NCBI GenBank assembly: GCA_963703315.1
Contig: OY969811.1
Span: 3,008,001-3,072,000 of the forward strand
Direction of reading: 5' to 3'
Origin: an uncultured cyanobacterium
GTDB taxonomy: Bacteria; Cyanobacteriota; Cyanobacteriia; Pseudanabaenales; Pseudanabaenaceae
Length of the DNA: 64,000 nucleotides
The position numbers were made by a program, and so were the translations under genes. The notes under the pieces were generated by a model. That model ran no database searches and was not told where the DNA came from. It saw only the letters and a list, made by a program, of their open reading frames with translations. Positions within the stretch are counted from its first letter, which is position 1. Each line of letters opens with the position of its first letter. This document shows positions 1 to 8,274 of the stretch, piece after piece.

Positions 1-82
1 TCTAGAGATTAGAGAGATTAGTTAAAATTTTGATAGATAGTCTTGATGAATGTCTTGTCCTTACTTTTGAGGATGGTGGTTT

Positions 83-871
83 ATGTTAAATCGAAATTGC
101 AAAACTATGGATGACAAAACTTGGAAATGGCAGAGAGCGATCGCCTTTTATCTGCTTCATGTCTCTAGGAAAGGGCAAGATCTCAATTCAGGCTTTTCAT
201 TGATTGAGTCCTTAGTGGCAGCAGTGGTCGTGGGCATTATGATTGCCGCGATCGCGCCAATGATTGCCCTTTCAACTTCGGCAAGGATTAATGCTCGACG
301 GATTGATCAGGCAACACAGGCGGGCAGATCATATATTGACGCAGTGAGAGGTGGCGTTGTGGATGTGTCTGGATTTCCTAGTTATTTGATTAGGAACCAA
401 ACCAATGCTCAAGCACAATATGTGTTTGAAGATCCAGCTACACCAGCGAATAGCATTCAGCCACCAACGGTTGCCCAATTTGACCCTACCAAAATTTGCA
501 ACAATGCTTTAACTAGCAATGTGTCGTCTGGCAAAGTCCCTGGAATCTGTGTTGATGCTGGTGGTGGTGGGTTCAGTATTGACGATCCACAGGATTTGTT
601 TATTCAGCCGATGCGAAGCGGCTCTAATGACGTAAATGAACTAAATCGTCAAGGTTTCTGGTTAGCCGTGAGGGTATATCGTGCCGATGCATTGGCGGGA
701 ACTGCGGCTCTAAGAACTGGCACAGACCCAACCTGTAATCTCAGCAAAACCCCGTTTGCGAGTACAGCCTCAATCACTTGTCCGATTGTGACTATGCGAT
801 CGCAGATATTACCAGTCACCAATCAAAACAATTTTGATGACATCAGTAAGGGCATCGGTAAGACTCCTTAA
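83..871 (+). CDS. Type IV pilin-like (pseudopilin) protein, possibly HpsB-like
   Basis: Prepilin motif G|FSLIESLVAAVVVG followed by a hydrophobic helix; first gene of a pilin-like cluster. Confidence 0.8.
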   Translation: MLNRNCKTMDDKTWKWQRAIAFYLLHVSRKGQDLNSGFSLIESLVAAVVVGIMIAAIAPMIALSTSARINARRIDQATQAGRSYIDAVRGGVVDVSGFPSYLIRNQTNAQAQYVFEDPATPANSIQPPTVAQFDPTKICNNALTSNVSSGKVPGICVDAGGGGFSIDDPQDLFIQPMRSGSNDVNELNRQGFWLAVRVYRADALAGTAALRTGTDPTCNLSKTPFASTASITCPIVTMRSQILPVTNQNNFDDISKGIGKTP

Positions 872-873
872 GG

Positions 874-2325
874 GTGTCAATCGCAATCAGAATTAGACAA
901 AAGCTAATCAATGAGATTTGGGCTATGAAAAGATTTCTTCAAAAGATAGTTGCACTTCAGCATCAAAATAAAAATCACAATCAAAATAAGAGGCGATCGC
1001 CGAGATTGCCAAAACGACAAGGTAGCACTTCAGGTTTTACCTTGCTTGAGTTGTTGGTTGCCGCTTTGATGGCATCAATCATGGTGGTGGTAATGCTGAG
1101 CTTTTTGGTGGGAGTCTTGGATAGCGATCGCAAAGAAACGGCTAAGTCTAATGCTCAAGAAGAACTGCAAGCGGCGATCGCCTATATGTCCGATGATCTC
1201 CAAGAAGCAATCTATATCTATGGCTCTACAGGGATCGCAGGAATTAATAACCAATTACCGCATACACAATCTGGACCAGGTAATGAGTGTAATGAAAGTG
1301 GCACTAATACCTGTACGCCGATACTCGTTTTTTGGAAACGCTTTGTTTACAGCCCAAGCACTCAAGCTAAATATAGTGCAACTCCCGCAGCTGCCGCCGA
1401 ACGACTTGGTTGTATGCCCTATTCAGGTATAGCGTTAGATTTAGCTGCTTGCCAAGCTAGTGCTACACCTTTTGGTAAAGAGACTTATGCTTATTCTCTC
1501 GTAGCTTACTATTTGAAAGATGATAGCGCTAATCCTAGTAATAGTGGCTGGTCAAATACGGCGCGGATTTTGCGATGGGAGATTAAAGATGGATATGTGG
1601 CATATTGCAGCAATAGTAGTGTAGTTTCAAATACTAGTGGCACAATTACCAGTCCTGCTGGCTGCCCTCCAGTAGGAAACTTAAGTGTCAGAGCTAATTC
1701 GACGCAAGCTGCACTTTTACCATCTAATAATGTAGACCCCAACGTTTATTTCATTTTGCCCTCTCAAGGCTTTAAAAGTCCAGATTTTCTGACAGAGGGA
1801 GCGATCGATAATTGGAAGAAATTTGCTACTTATAGTTTTGATACTACGGACGCTAAGAACAGTCGTTATGTTACTCTTGTGGACTTTATGGATGACACTG
1901 CTTACGACCCCAACACTCAAGGCGGTAATGCAGAAGCAACGGGAACAGGAGTACCGACGGCGGCGGCAGATTCAGCGATTAAGATTCCGATCGGCAAAAA
2001 TAATGCTGCGGGTGGCAACCTTGACTGTAATGATCCTTCAGTTGGAGTTGGTAGCAGTGTAGCTGGTACAGTCACAGAACGTGTTCCTGCGGATTTTACT
2101 GTTGGTCAAGCAACTAATCCTTCTGGGCTAAGTAGTTTTTATCTGTGTGTTGCACCGACCAAAGTGACCGCGAGACTATATCTACGTGGTAATGCGATCG
2201 CGCGTTTAACCTCACCAGCGAGTCCCAGAAACCAGCGTATACCACAGATTAAGAGCAGTTCATTTTTCCCCACTGCTGATGTCCGTAGCTTTGGACGTAG
2301 TGCGATCAACCTCGGTAGAAGTTAA
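874..2325 (+). CDS. Large type IV minor pilin/pseudopilin, possibly HpsC-like; true start may be downstream (about 925)
   Basis: G|FTLLELLVAALM prepilin motif; Cys-containing C-terminal domain. Confidence 0.8.
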   Translation: MSIAIRIRQKLINEIWAMKRFLQKIVALQHQNKNHNQNKRRSPRLPKRQGSTSGFTLLELLVAALMASIMVVVMLSFLVGVLDSDRKETAKSNAQEELQAAIAYMSDDLQEAIYIYGSTGIAGINNQLPHTQSGPGNECNESGTNTCTPILVFWKRFVYSPSTQAKYSATPAAAAERLGCMPYSGIALDLAACQASATPFGKETYAYSLVAYYLKDDSANPSNSGWSNTARILRWEIKDGYVAYCSNSSVVSNTSGTITSPAGCPPVGNLSVRANSTQAALLPSNNVDPNVYFILPSQGFKSPDFLTEGAIDNWKKFATYSFDTTDAKNSRYVTLVDFMDDTAYDPNTQGGNAEATGTGVPTAAADSAIKIPIGKNNAAGGNLDCNDPSVGVGSSVAGTVTERVPADFTVGQATNPSGLSSFYLCVAPTKVTARLYLRGNAIARLTSPASPRNQRIPQIKSSSFFPTADVRSFGRSAINLGRS

Positions 2326-2331
2326 TTTAAG

Positions 2332-2979
2332 GTGAAACAAAAAATGCTTACTTATAATTTTTTTAGTAGCCTTTGGAAAAGTTGTGATGTCTTTGTCAAT
2401 AACTTTTCAACAAAGTGTCAGCGTCAATTTCTAGCATTAATCACTCCCCCAAAGCGCCGTCATCGTTATTCCAAATCTCTAGGATTTACCCTTATAGAGC
2501 TTTTAGTAGTGATGATTATGGTAGGTATTCTCAGTGCGATCGCCGCTCCCGGCTGGTTGGGCTTTGTGAATAATCAACGGATTAATGCTTCCCAAACCAA
2601 AATCTTCCAAGCGATTAAAGAGGCGCAGTCAGATGCGAAGGTTCGCAAGACCAGTAGTGATGGCAGCAGAGTCCGTATTACGTTTACAACTGCAACGACA
2701 GAAAATGCCTACAGAGTAGATAATGTTAGACGTAATGGTGGTAATCAATCGCTAGAGCAAGGAGTCACGATTTCCAGTGTAACGACCTCTGATAATGCAC
2801 CACTCACTTCTATTGAGTTTGACTCGAAGGGATTTATCTATGACCCTAGTAGTACTCTCAATAACAAATATCCTATTTGCATTAATTTATCGATCGCTAA
2901 TAGCCCCAGAATTAGGTGGATTGGCATTAAGACTTTACTTGGAGCCGTTGTTACAGGATCTGAAGGAAACTGTACATAA
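2332..2979 (+). CDS. Type IV minor pilin (FimT/GspH-like)
   Basis: G|FTLIELLVVMIMVGILSAIAAP motif. Confidence 0.85.
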   Translation: MKQKMLTYNFFSSLWKSCDVFVNNFSTKCQRQFLALITPPKRRHRYSKSLGFTLIELLVVMIMVGILSAIAAPGWLGFVNNQRINASQTKIFQAIKEAQSDAKVRKTSSDGSRVRITFTTATTENAYRVDNVRRNGGNQSLEQGVTISSVTTSDNAPLTSIEFDSKGFIYDPSSTLNNKYPICINLSIANSPRIRWIGIKTLLGAVVTGSEGNCT

Positions 2980-2986
2980 ATTAAGC

Positions 2987-3037
2987 AAACAAACAAAAAG
3001 AGTGGCACGCAATGCGTGCCACTCTTTTTGTTTGTTT
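2987..3037. repeat. Perfect 24-bp-arm palindrome with AAT loop; terminator-like
   Basis: aaacaaacaaaaagagtggcacgc-aat-gcgtgccactctttttgtttgttt. Confidence 0.9.
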
Positions 3038-3091
3038 ATCAAAAAAATATTATAATTACCAGATAATTACATTTAAAAATCATTCAAAGTT

Positions 3092-3685
3092 ATGATTTGG
3101 GCTATAAATGGATATCGGCACAGAAACAGTCGCCATCACACAGATATGGGTTTTACCTTAATTGAACTCCTAGTTGTGATGGTCATGATTGGCATTTTAG
3201 CGGCGATCGCTGCGCCATCTTGGTTAGGATTTGTGAACAATCAAAGACTAAACTCTGCTCAAAACCAAGCATTTAGCACTCTCAAGTTAGCGCAAAGTAA
3301 TGCTAAACGTACCCAAAGTATGTGGCAAGCAACTTTTAGGAATATGCCCAATGTTTCTCAATATGCAGTACATCCTACGCCTCCTTCGAGCATGAATGCA
3401 GCCTATTGGAATAACTTGCCTTGGCAAAATTTTGATGAAGGGGTCAGGATCGTCGAAAGTAATGAAATAGAACCAAAAACAACATTTACCAAACTTACCG
3501 CAGTTCCTGTACCAGATGTCTATCGAGTCGAGTTTAAAGCTCAAGGTAATCCTAATGGTTTAGGTGAGTTGGGGCGGATTACCTTTGTGGGCAGATCTGG
3601 TGGCGATCGCAAAAAATGTGTGATTATTTCAACATTACTAGGCGCAATACGTACTGCTGAAAACACTGGATGCAATCAAACCTGA
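3092..3685 (+). CDS. Type IV minor pilin (FimT/GspH-like), paralog of the upstream gene
   Basis: G|FTLIELLVVMVMIGILAAIAAPSWLGFVNNQR is nearly identical to the N-terminus of 2332..2979. Confidence 0.85.
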   Translation: MIWAINGYRHRNSRHHTDMGFTLIELLVVMVMIGILAAIAAPSWLGFVNNQRLNSAQNQAFSTLKLAQSNAKRTQSMWQATFRNMPNVSQYAVHPTPPSSMNAAYWNNLPWQNFDEGVRIVESNEIEPKTTFTKLTAVPVPDVYRVEFKAQGNPNGLGELGRITFVGRSGGDRKKCVIISTLLGAIRTAENTGCNQT

Positions 3686-3887
3686 TAAAATTCCGCAATG
3701 ATCGATAACATCTGTAAATTTCTGGCAGAAAGCTTCTCCGCCGACTTTGCGAGTTGGATATTAGGGGAATCCATTATCTTAAGACTTTTAAGGAGCGAAA
3801 TCATGAAAGAATCAGTGATTTATCAAGATATTTTACTGGAAGGAATGGCTGAAGGAATGGCTGAAGGAATAGCTAAAGGAATAGCTA

Positions 3888-5020
3888 TAGGACTTACGCA
3901 TTGACAGAAATAGCGAGATATGAAGTCAAACTGAGACAGATTGTGTGAGATTTTCCAAGATAAATTGACGAATGACAGGTATAAATAAATCCCTCGATAC
4001 CTGATACAAATTATCGATTAAGCCATCAATTCGCATCTTTTGTAACTTGGCAAAAGCACGGAGGGAGCAAAAGAAATGATTACGAATCGCTTGTGTATCC
4101 CTGACCTGAAAGCGCTCAATATTACAAACTTGCTTGATAACCCTGTGGAAACATTCAATTTGCCAATGTCTGTCATGGACTTGTTTGAACTCTATGCGAG
4201 TGAGTTGTTTGAGTGCTTCTAAATCTTGGAGGTGAAGGATGTAATATCGAGCTTCGTTTTTGAAGTCCTGACGAAACACCTTGACCCAGCCGAATTCTTT
4301 GAGATAGACCACTAACCCACTATCAGTAATCTCCAAGGTTTGTATCTGAACTTCTTTGCCTTGTTCTTGAGAAACTTTACGATTGTTGGCAACTCCAACT
4401 AGAAAACCTACCCCCTCGTTTCTGAGGAATTTCAGATTCTCAAGACTTGCATACCAACTATCACCCGTCACCCAATTCGGCTTCAGACCCCAGTCTCGGA
4501 TTTGTCTCATCATCTCTAAAAAATAGTCGTTTTTAGTCTTGCCCTCCTGTTTATCATAAATCCGAAAGTTCACTGGATATGCGTTTCCTGCTATATCGGT
4601 GTAATACAAGGTAATCAGGTTGAGACCCTTAACGGTTCGTTTGTGTTTCCCTGACCAAAAGTATCCCAATAACTCTGTTCTTTTGAGGTCACGGTAAGGC
4701 TTATCCACGACACTATCATCAATACTCGCTGTTCCTCCTTCAAAAATAAGTTCCCCTTTCACCTCGTCAAACAAGTCTTGGGGTGTGTAATTTTCCCGCA
4801 ATAAAAAACGGTTCACACTGTCGTGACTCAACTCTGACATGATCTCCGCTAGGCGCAGACAACTCACATACTTTGGTTCAGCCAGCAAATATAAAGTGTA
4901 GAGGTTGCAATTACACTTAGCTGTTGAGGGTTTTGACTGTTCTCTCACTCCAACACCATCAGATAAACGCTTGCTTTACAATCATCATATCTTTACTATT
5001 TTGTCAATGCGTAAGTCCTA
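3888..5020 (-). mobile_element. IS701-family insertion sequence, 1133 bp
   Basis: 19-bp TIRs TAGGACTTACGCATTGACA / TGTCAATGCGTAAGTCCTA; 5-bp target duplication AGCTA (3883-3887, 5021-5025). Confidence 0.92.
3926..4948 (-). CDS. IS701-family DDE transposase
   Basis: SHDSVNRFL, IDDSVVDKP, GDSWY and HWQIECFHR motifs. Confidence 0.9.
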   Translation of the reverse strand: MREQSKPSTAKCNCNLYTLYLLAEPKYVSCLRLAEIMSELSHDSVNRFLLRENYTPQDLFDEVKGELIFEGGTASIDDSVVDKPYRDLKRTELLGYFWSGKHKRTVKGLNLITLYYTDIAGNAYPVNFRIYDKQEGKTKNDYFLEMMRQIRDWGLKPNWVTGDSWYASLENLKFLRNEGVGFLVGVANNRKVSQEQGKEVQIQTLEITDSGLVVYLKEFGWVKVFRQDFKNEARYYILHLQDLEALKQLTRIEFKQVHDRHWQIECFHRVIKQVCNIERFQVRDTQAIRNHFFCSLRAFAKLQKMRIDGLIDNLYQVSRDLFIPVIRQFILENLTQSVSV

Positions 5021-5214
5021 AGCTAAAGGAATAGCTAAAGGTGAGGCTAAGGGCTTAGTTAAAGGCAAAGCTAAAGGTGAGGCTGAAGCTGCTCGTCAAA
5101 TTGCCATCAATATGCTCGGTTCTAACATTTCTCCAGATTTAGTCTCCAAATTTACTGGGCTAACCCTAAAACAAGTCCAAAAACTACAACAGCTTTCCGC
5201 AAAACAACCCCAAT

Positions 5215-5263
5215 AGAGCAAAGAAATAAAGGAACGCAAAGCGTTCCTTTATTTCTTTGCTCT
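5215..5263. terminator. Perfect 23-bp-arm palindrome with AAA loop between convergent genes
   Basis: agagcaaagaaataaaggaacgc-aaa-gcgttcctttatttctttgctct. Confidence 0.85.
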
Positions 5264-5962
5264 TGGTTTTGGCACGATCGCCTCAATCGGTAAATCCTCA
5301 CTGAGTAGATAATTAACCGCTTTGTCACTGAGGAGCATGGCTTTAGAAAGGAGCGATCGCGCTGTGCTATTGGGGGGCAGATAAAGCTGAATGATTTTGC
5401 GTTTAATTAATGGTGATTGAGGAGAAAGCCTACTACGAGCATTGCGCCATTCTGCATCAGATCGACAAAACAGCCGTAGCGCTAGATCAACGGTGGGTTG
5501 GCGACAATTAGTTTCATCATTATTCAGAAAAGTATAAATCCGTTCATAACGACGGCTAATTTCGGGCGCAAGGCAAAGAATTAACAGGTCGCGCTCAAAG
5601 TTTCCTAGCTCTAGGCGATCGCACAAAGTGGGAATCGCTAAACGAATATGGTGATGATGACTAGCTTCAAGGCGATCGCCATAACGTCCCAGAGGATGGG
5701 TAATCTGTGGGGGATGATTGGGAACGAGACTACCGCCTTTAGAAGGATCGATCGCAATAAATCCTTTCCACCAATGACTAGTGGAGCGATCGGCGGCGGA
5801 CTTGGCGACGCGATCAATTTCCTGATTGCTTTGGCGTTGCTTTGACAGAGATCGCATCAAGACGCGATCAAGCCACGCTAATTCGGCTTTGAGATAGGAC
5901 CAGTTATCAGCAAATGGTTGAACTTCAGGAAAAGTAGGAACTTCACCCGTTTCGGGGATCAT
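5249..5962 (-). CDS. Conserved cyanobacterial protein resembling the N-terminal helical region of AAA-ATPase-associated proteins; no ATPase domain
   Basis: FERDLLILCLAPE...YERIY...PTVDLAL pattern; no Walker A motif. Confidence 0.55.
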   Translation of the reverse strand: MIPETGEVPTFPEVQPFADNWSYLKAELAWLDRVLMRSLSKQRQSNQEIDRVAKSAADRSTSHWWKGFIAIDPSKGGSLVPNHPPQITHPLGRYGDRLEASHHHHIRLAIPTLCDRLELGNFERDLLILCLAPEISRRYERIYTFLNNDETNCRQPTVDLALRLFCRSDAEWRNARSRLSPQSPLIKRKIIQLYLPPNSTARSLLSKAMLLSDKAVNYLLSEDLPIEAIVPKPRAKK

Positions 5963-6855
5963 GCTATGCCTCGACGCAAAGTGCCACGAATGAATATACC
6001 GACAAATATACCGAAACCTAATAAAGCGATCGCGGCATTAGCGATCGTCATATTTCCCCAAGGAGCCGTAAACACCACGCTATCCCATGCCCATGTACCG
6101 TGACTATAGACATAACGAATCGGCTCGATCGCCCAAGATAGGGGATTGAGGCTAGCAATCCATTGTAACCAAGTAGGCATAAAGGCAAGGGGCGCAAGGG
6201 CGGTACTCGAAAACATCAAGGGTAAATTAACTAAGAAAATAAAAGCGAGCATCTCTTGATGTCCTGGCATCGCAAAGGCAAGCCCCAGACTGAGCATCGT
6301 AAAATCTACAATCAATAGCATTAAAATTAGCGCCATCACCGCTAAACCACTTAAACTCGGTAAACCCGCCCCCATCAAGCCACTCACCGAGACGATCGCC
6401 ACAGTTTGCACCATGCTCAAGGCAATGATAAAAATAGCGGAAGCAATAATGATCGAAAAGCGGGAAACTAGAGGGGCAACGAGGATGCGATTGAGAAAAC
6501 CAAATTCGCGATCGAACAGCATGGGCAATCCTGAATTCAGGGCGCTGCTAAATGCCGTAAATACAATAATCCCCGCCGCTAAAAACTGTACATAGGTCTG
6601 ACCATCTCCGACTAAACCTTTAGGTAAACCACTAAATAAGGCTCCAAACAACAATAACCACATCAAGGGTTGCAACACACCTGCGATCAGTGTAGTAGGG
6701 CGACGACGTAGTTGAATAAACAAGCGTGTCGTTAACGCCATCACTTCTTGACGAAAATCAGCAGATCCAAAATTAGGGCTTGGTCGCTTAGGAAGGGATA
6801 GCTGCGGAGATTGTGGTTCTGGAGTTTGTAAAGGTGGGAGGGAAGTCTGAGTCAT
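5959..6855 (-). CDS. ABC-2 type transporter permease
   Basis: About six TM helices; DREFGFL..ILVAP and NPLSWA motifs. Confidence 0.9.
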   Translation of the reverse strand: MTQTSLPPLQTPEPQSPQLSLPKRPSPNFGSADFRQEVMALTTRLFIQLRRRPTTLIAGVLQPLMWLLLFGALFSGLPKGLVGDGQTYVQFLAAGIIVFTAFSSALNSGLPMLFDREFGFLNRILVAPLVSRFSIIIASAIFIIALSMVQTVAIVSVSGLMGAGLPSLSGLAVMALILMLLIVDFTMLSLGLAFAMPGHQEMLAFIFLVNLPLMFSSTALAPLAFMPTWLQWIASLNPLSWAIEPIRYVYSHGTWAWDSVVFTAPWGNMTIANAAIALLGFGIFVGIFIRGTLRRGIA

Positions 6856-6898
6856 ATCATTAATCTGTACAAATTAGCCACAATATCAATCATAGCGT

Positions 6899-7006
6899 TA
6901 AGTAGCTGGGCATAATTAAAAAACCAAATCCAAAACCTGTGGCGCACGCTGCGCGTGCGCCACAGGTTTTGGGGTTTTATATTTAATTGCGTCCAGCAGC
7001 TACTTA
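6899..7006. mobile_element. MITE-like element, family A (TAAGTAGCT...AGCTACTTA ends) with an internal 20-bp-arm palindrome
   Basis: Inverted ends TAAGTAGCTGGGCATAATTAAA / TTTAATTGCGTCCAGCAGCTACTTA; related copies at 41871, 47024 and 63531. Confidence 0.75.
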
Positions 7007-7014
7007 TTAATCTA

Positions 7015-8274
7015 ATGACAGAAAAACTCAGCAAAAAACGCTACTCCACCCATCTGTTTGATGTTACTCAGGACATCATTGGTGCATTGCCCCTGAAATT
7101 AGTCGAGCAATGGCTCAGTGGCGAACAAACCTATGAGGATGCCTTAAAACTCCTTGAGAAACATCAAGTACAGGGATATAGCGTATCTTCTGACTCTGTG
7201 GGGCTGACGCGGCTCTGTCAACAAAGGGGACTACTAGAAATTTTGGCAATTATTAATCAGCCGAAAAAGATTGTCTATGGCTATGGCAAAGCGATCGCTG
7301 GAGAAAGTGTGGGGATATGGGCAGCGGACAATACGCAGATGTTTTATCCAGATTCTCTGGATGCGACAACTCTCGTTTCGATGCTACTGACGGTTCAAGA
7401 TGAAATCGAGCGCAGTTGCCAAATCAAGATTGGGATTGGCGCTCACTATGGCAGTTTTTATCAAATTAGTGGTGGTTTATATGGCATAGAAGCTGATGAA
7501 ATCGAAGATATTGCCGAGAATCATACCGATGGTGGCGAGATTTTAATCAGTCAAGCGATATGCGATCGCCTACCCGCAAATCATAATTTTCTCCTTGAGC
7601 AACGTCATGATTTACAAACAGAGATTGGGAAGATCTATCGCGTATTGGATGGAACGAGATTAACGCAGGTGCAACCAGTCGATCAACGTTATCCAATCCC
7701 CTATTCTGAAGACTTTTATGCAGATTTATTGGAATATGAAACTCGACTTGCGGATCATGAGTTTACGCATTATCTCAATGATAAATATATGCAACATAAA
7801 GTCGTAGTACTAATTGAGAGCAAAAATGAGTCTGTGGATACCCATGAGGTTTCGATGTTCAATCAGCTAGCATTTTCCGCACTCATGAAAGATATTGGAA
7901 TAAAACTGCTAGAGCCAATTGATCCTCAATTAGAGTCGGAGATCAAAGTAGTTAGTTCTCTAGGAATTTATGCTTTTGACGAAGTTGCCACTGCTCTTAA
8001 TTTTGCTCAAACCTTTCGTCAAGAGCTAGCCAAGCAAGATATCACCTGTCGCATTGGGGTTGATCATGGTGAAGTTTTAATTTTCAATCTAGCTGTTGGT
8101 ACTAAAGATATAGCAGGAATGCCTGTCAATATGGCTTCTAAAATGGCTCAAGATAAAGGCGAATTTGGTAAGCTATATTTGAGTGCATCGCTCAAGGATA
8201 TGGCAGATTTCACTGGTCTGAACGAAATTCATTACAAAATTTCTGGAGTGGAAATAACGGCTTATGAAGGGTAA
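7015..8274 (+). CDS. Soluble protein with two tandem class III nucleotidyl cyclase-like domains
   Basis: Domain 1: SSDSVGLT, AADN, IKIGIGAHYG; domain 2: CRIGVDHGEV, DIAGMPVNMASK. The ORF-track start at 6955 lies inside a MITE, so ATG 7015 is preferred. Confidence 0.7.
   Translation: MTEKLSKKRYSTHLFDVTQDIIGALPLKLVEQWLSGEQTYEDALKLLEKHQVQGYSVSSDSVGLTRLCQQRGLLEILAIINQPKKIVYGYGKAIAGESVGIWAADNTQMFYPDSLDATTLVSMLLTVQDEIERSCQIKIGIGAHYGSFYQISGGLYGIEADEIEDIAENHTDGGEILISQAICDRLPANHNFLLEQRHDLQTEIGKIYRVLDGTRLTQVQPVDQRYPIPYSEDFYADLLEYETRLADHEFTHYLNDKYMQHKVVVLIESKNESVDTHEVSMFNQLAFSALMKDIGIKLLEPIDPQLESEIKVVSSLGIYAFDEVATALNFAQTFRQELAKQDITCRIGVDHGEVLIFNLAVGTKDIAGMPVNMASKMAQDKGEFGKLYLSASLKDMADFTGLNEIHYKISGVEITAYEG

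Larger units (their letters stand above)
3698..5216 (+). pseudogene. Rpn/PD-(D/E)XK-family gene remnant, internally deleted and interrupted by an IS
   Basis: N-terminus MIDNICKFLAESFSADFASW is joined directly to the C-terminal MKESVIYQDILLEG and EG/KG repeats; the frame resumes after the IS (5021-5216, ...ARQIAINML...FTGLTLKQVQKLQ...*). Confidence 0.7.

Noticed and set aside
6955..7014. ORF-track N-terminal extensions (6955, 13441, 23128, 57209)
   Set aside because: They run through MITE, repeat or promoter DNA; downstream ATGs fit the protein families better.
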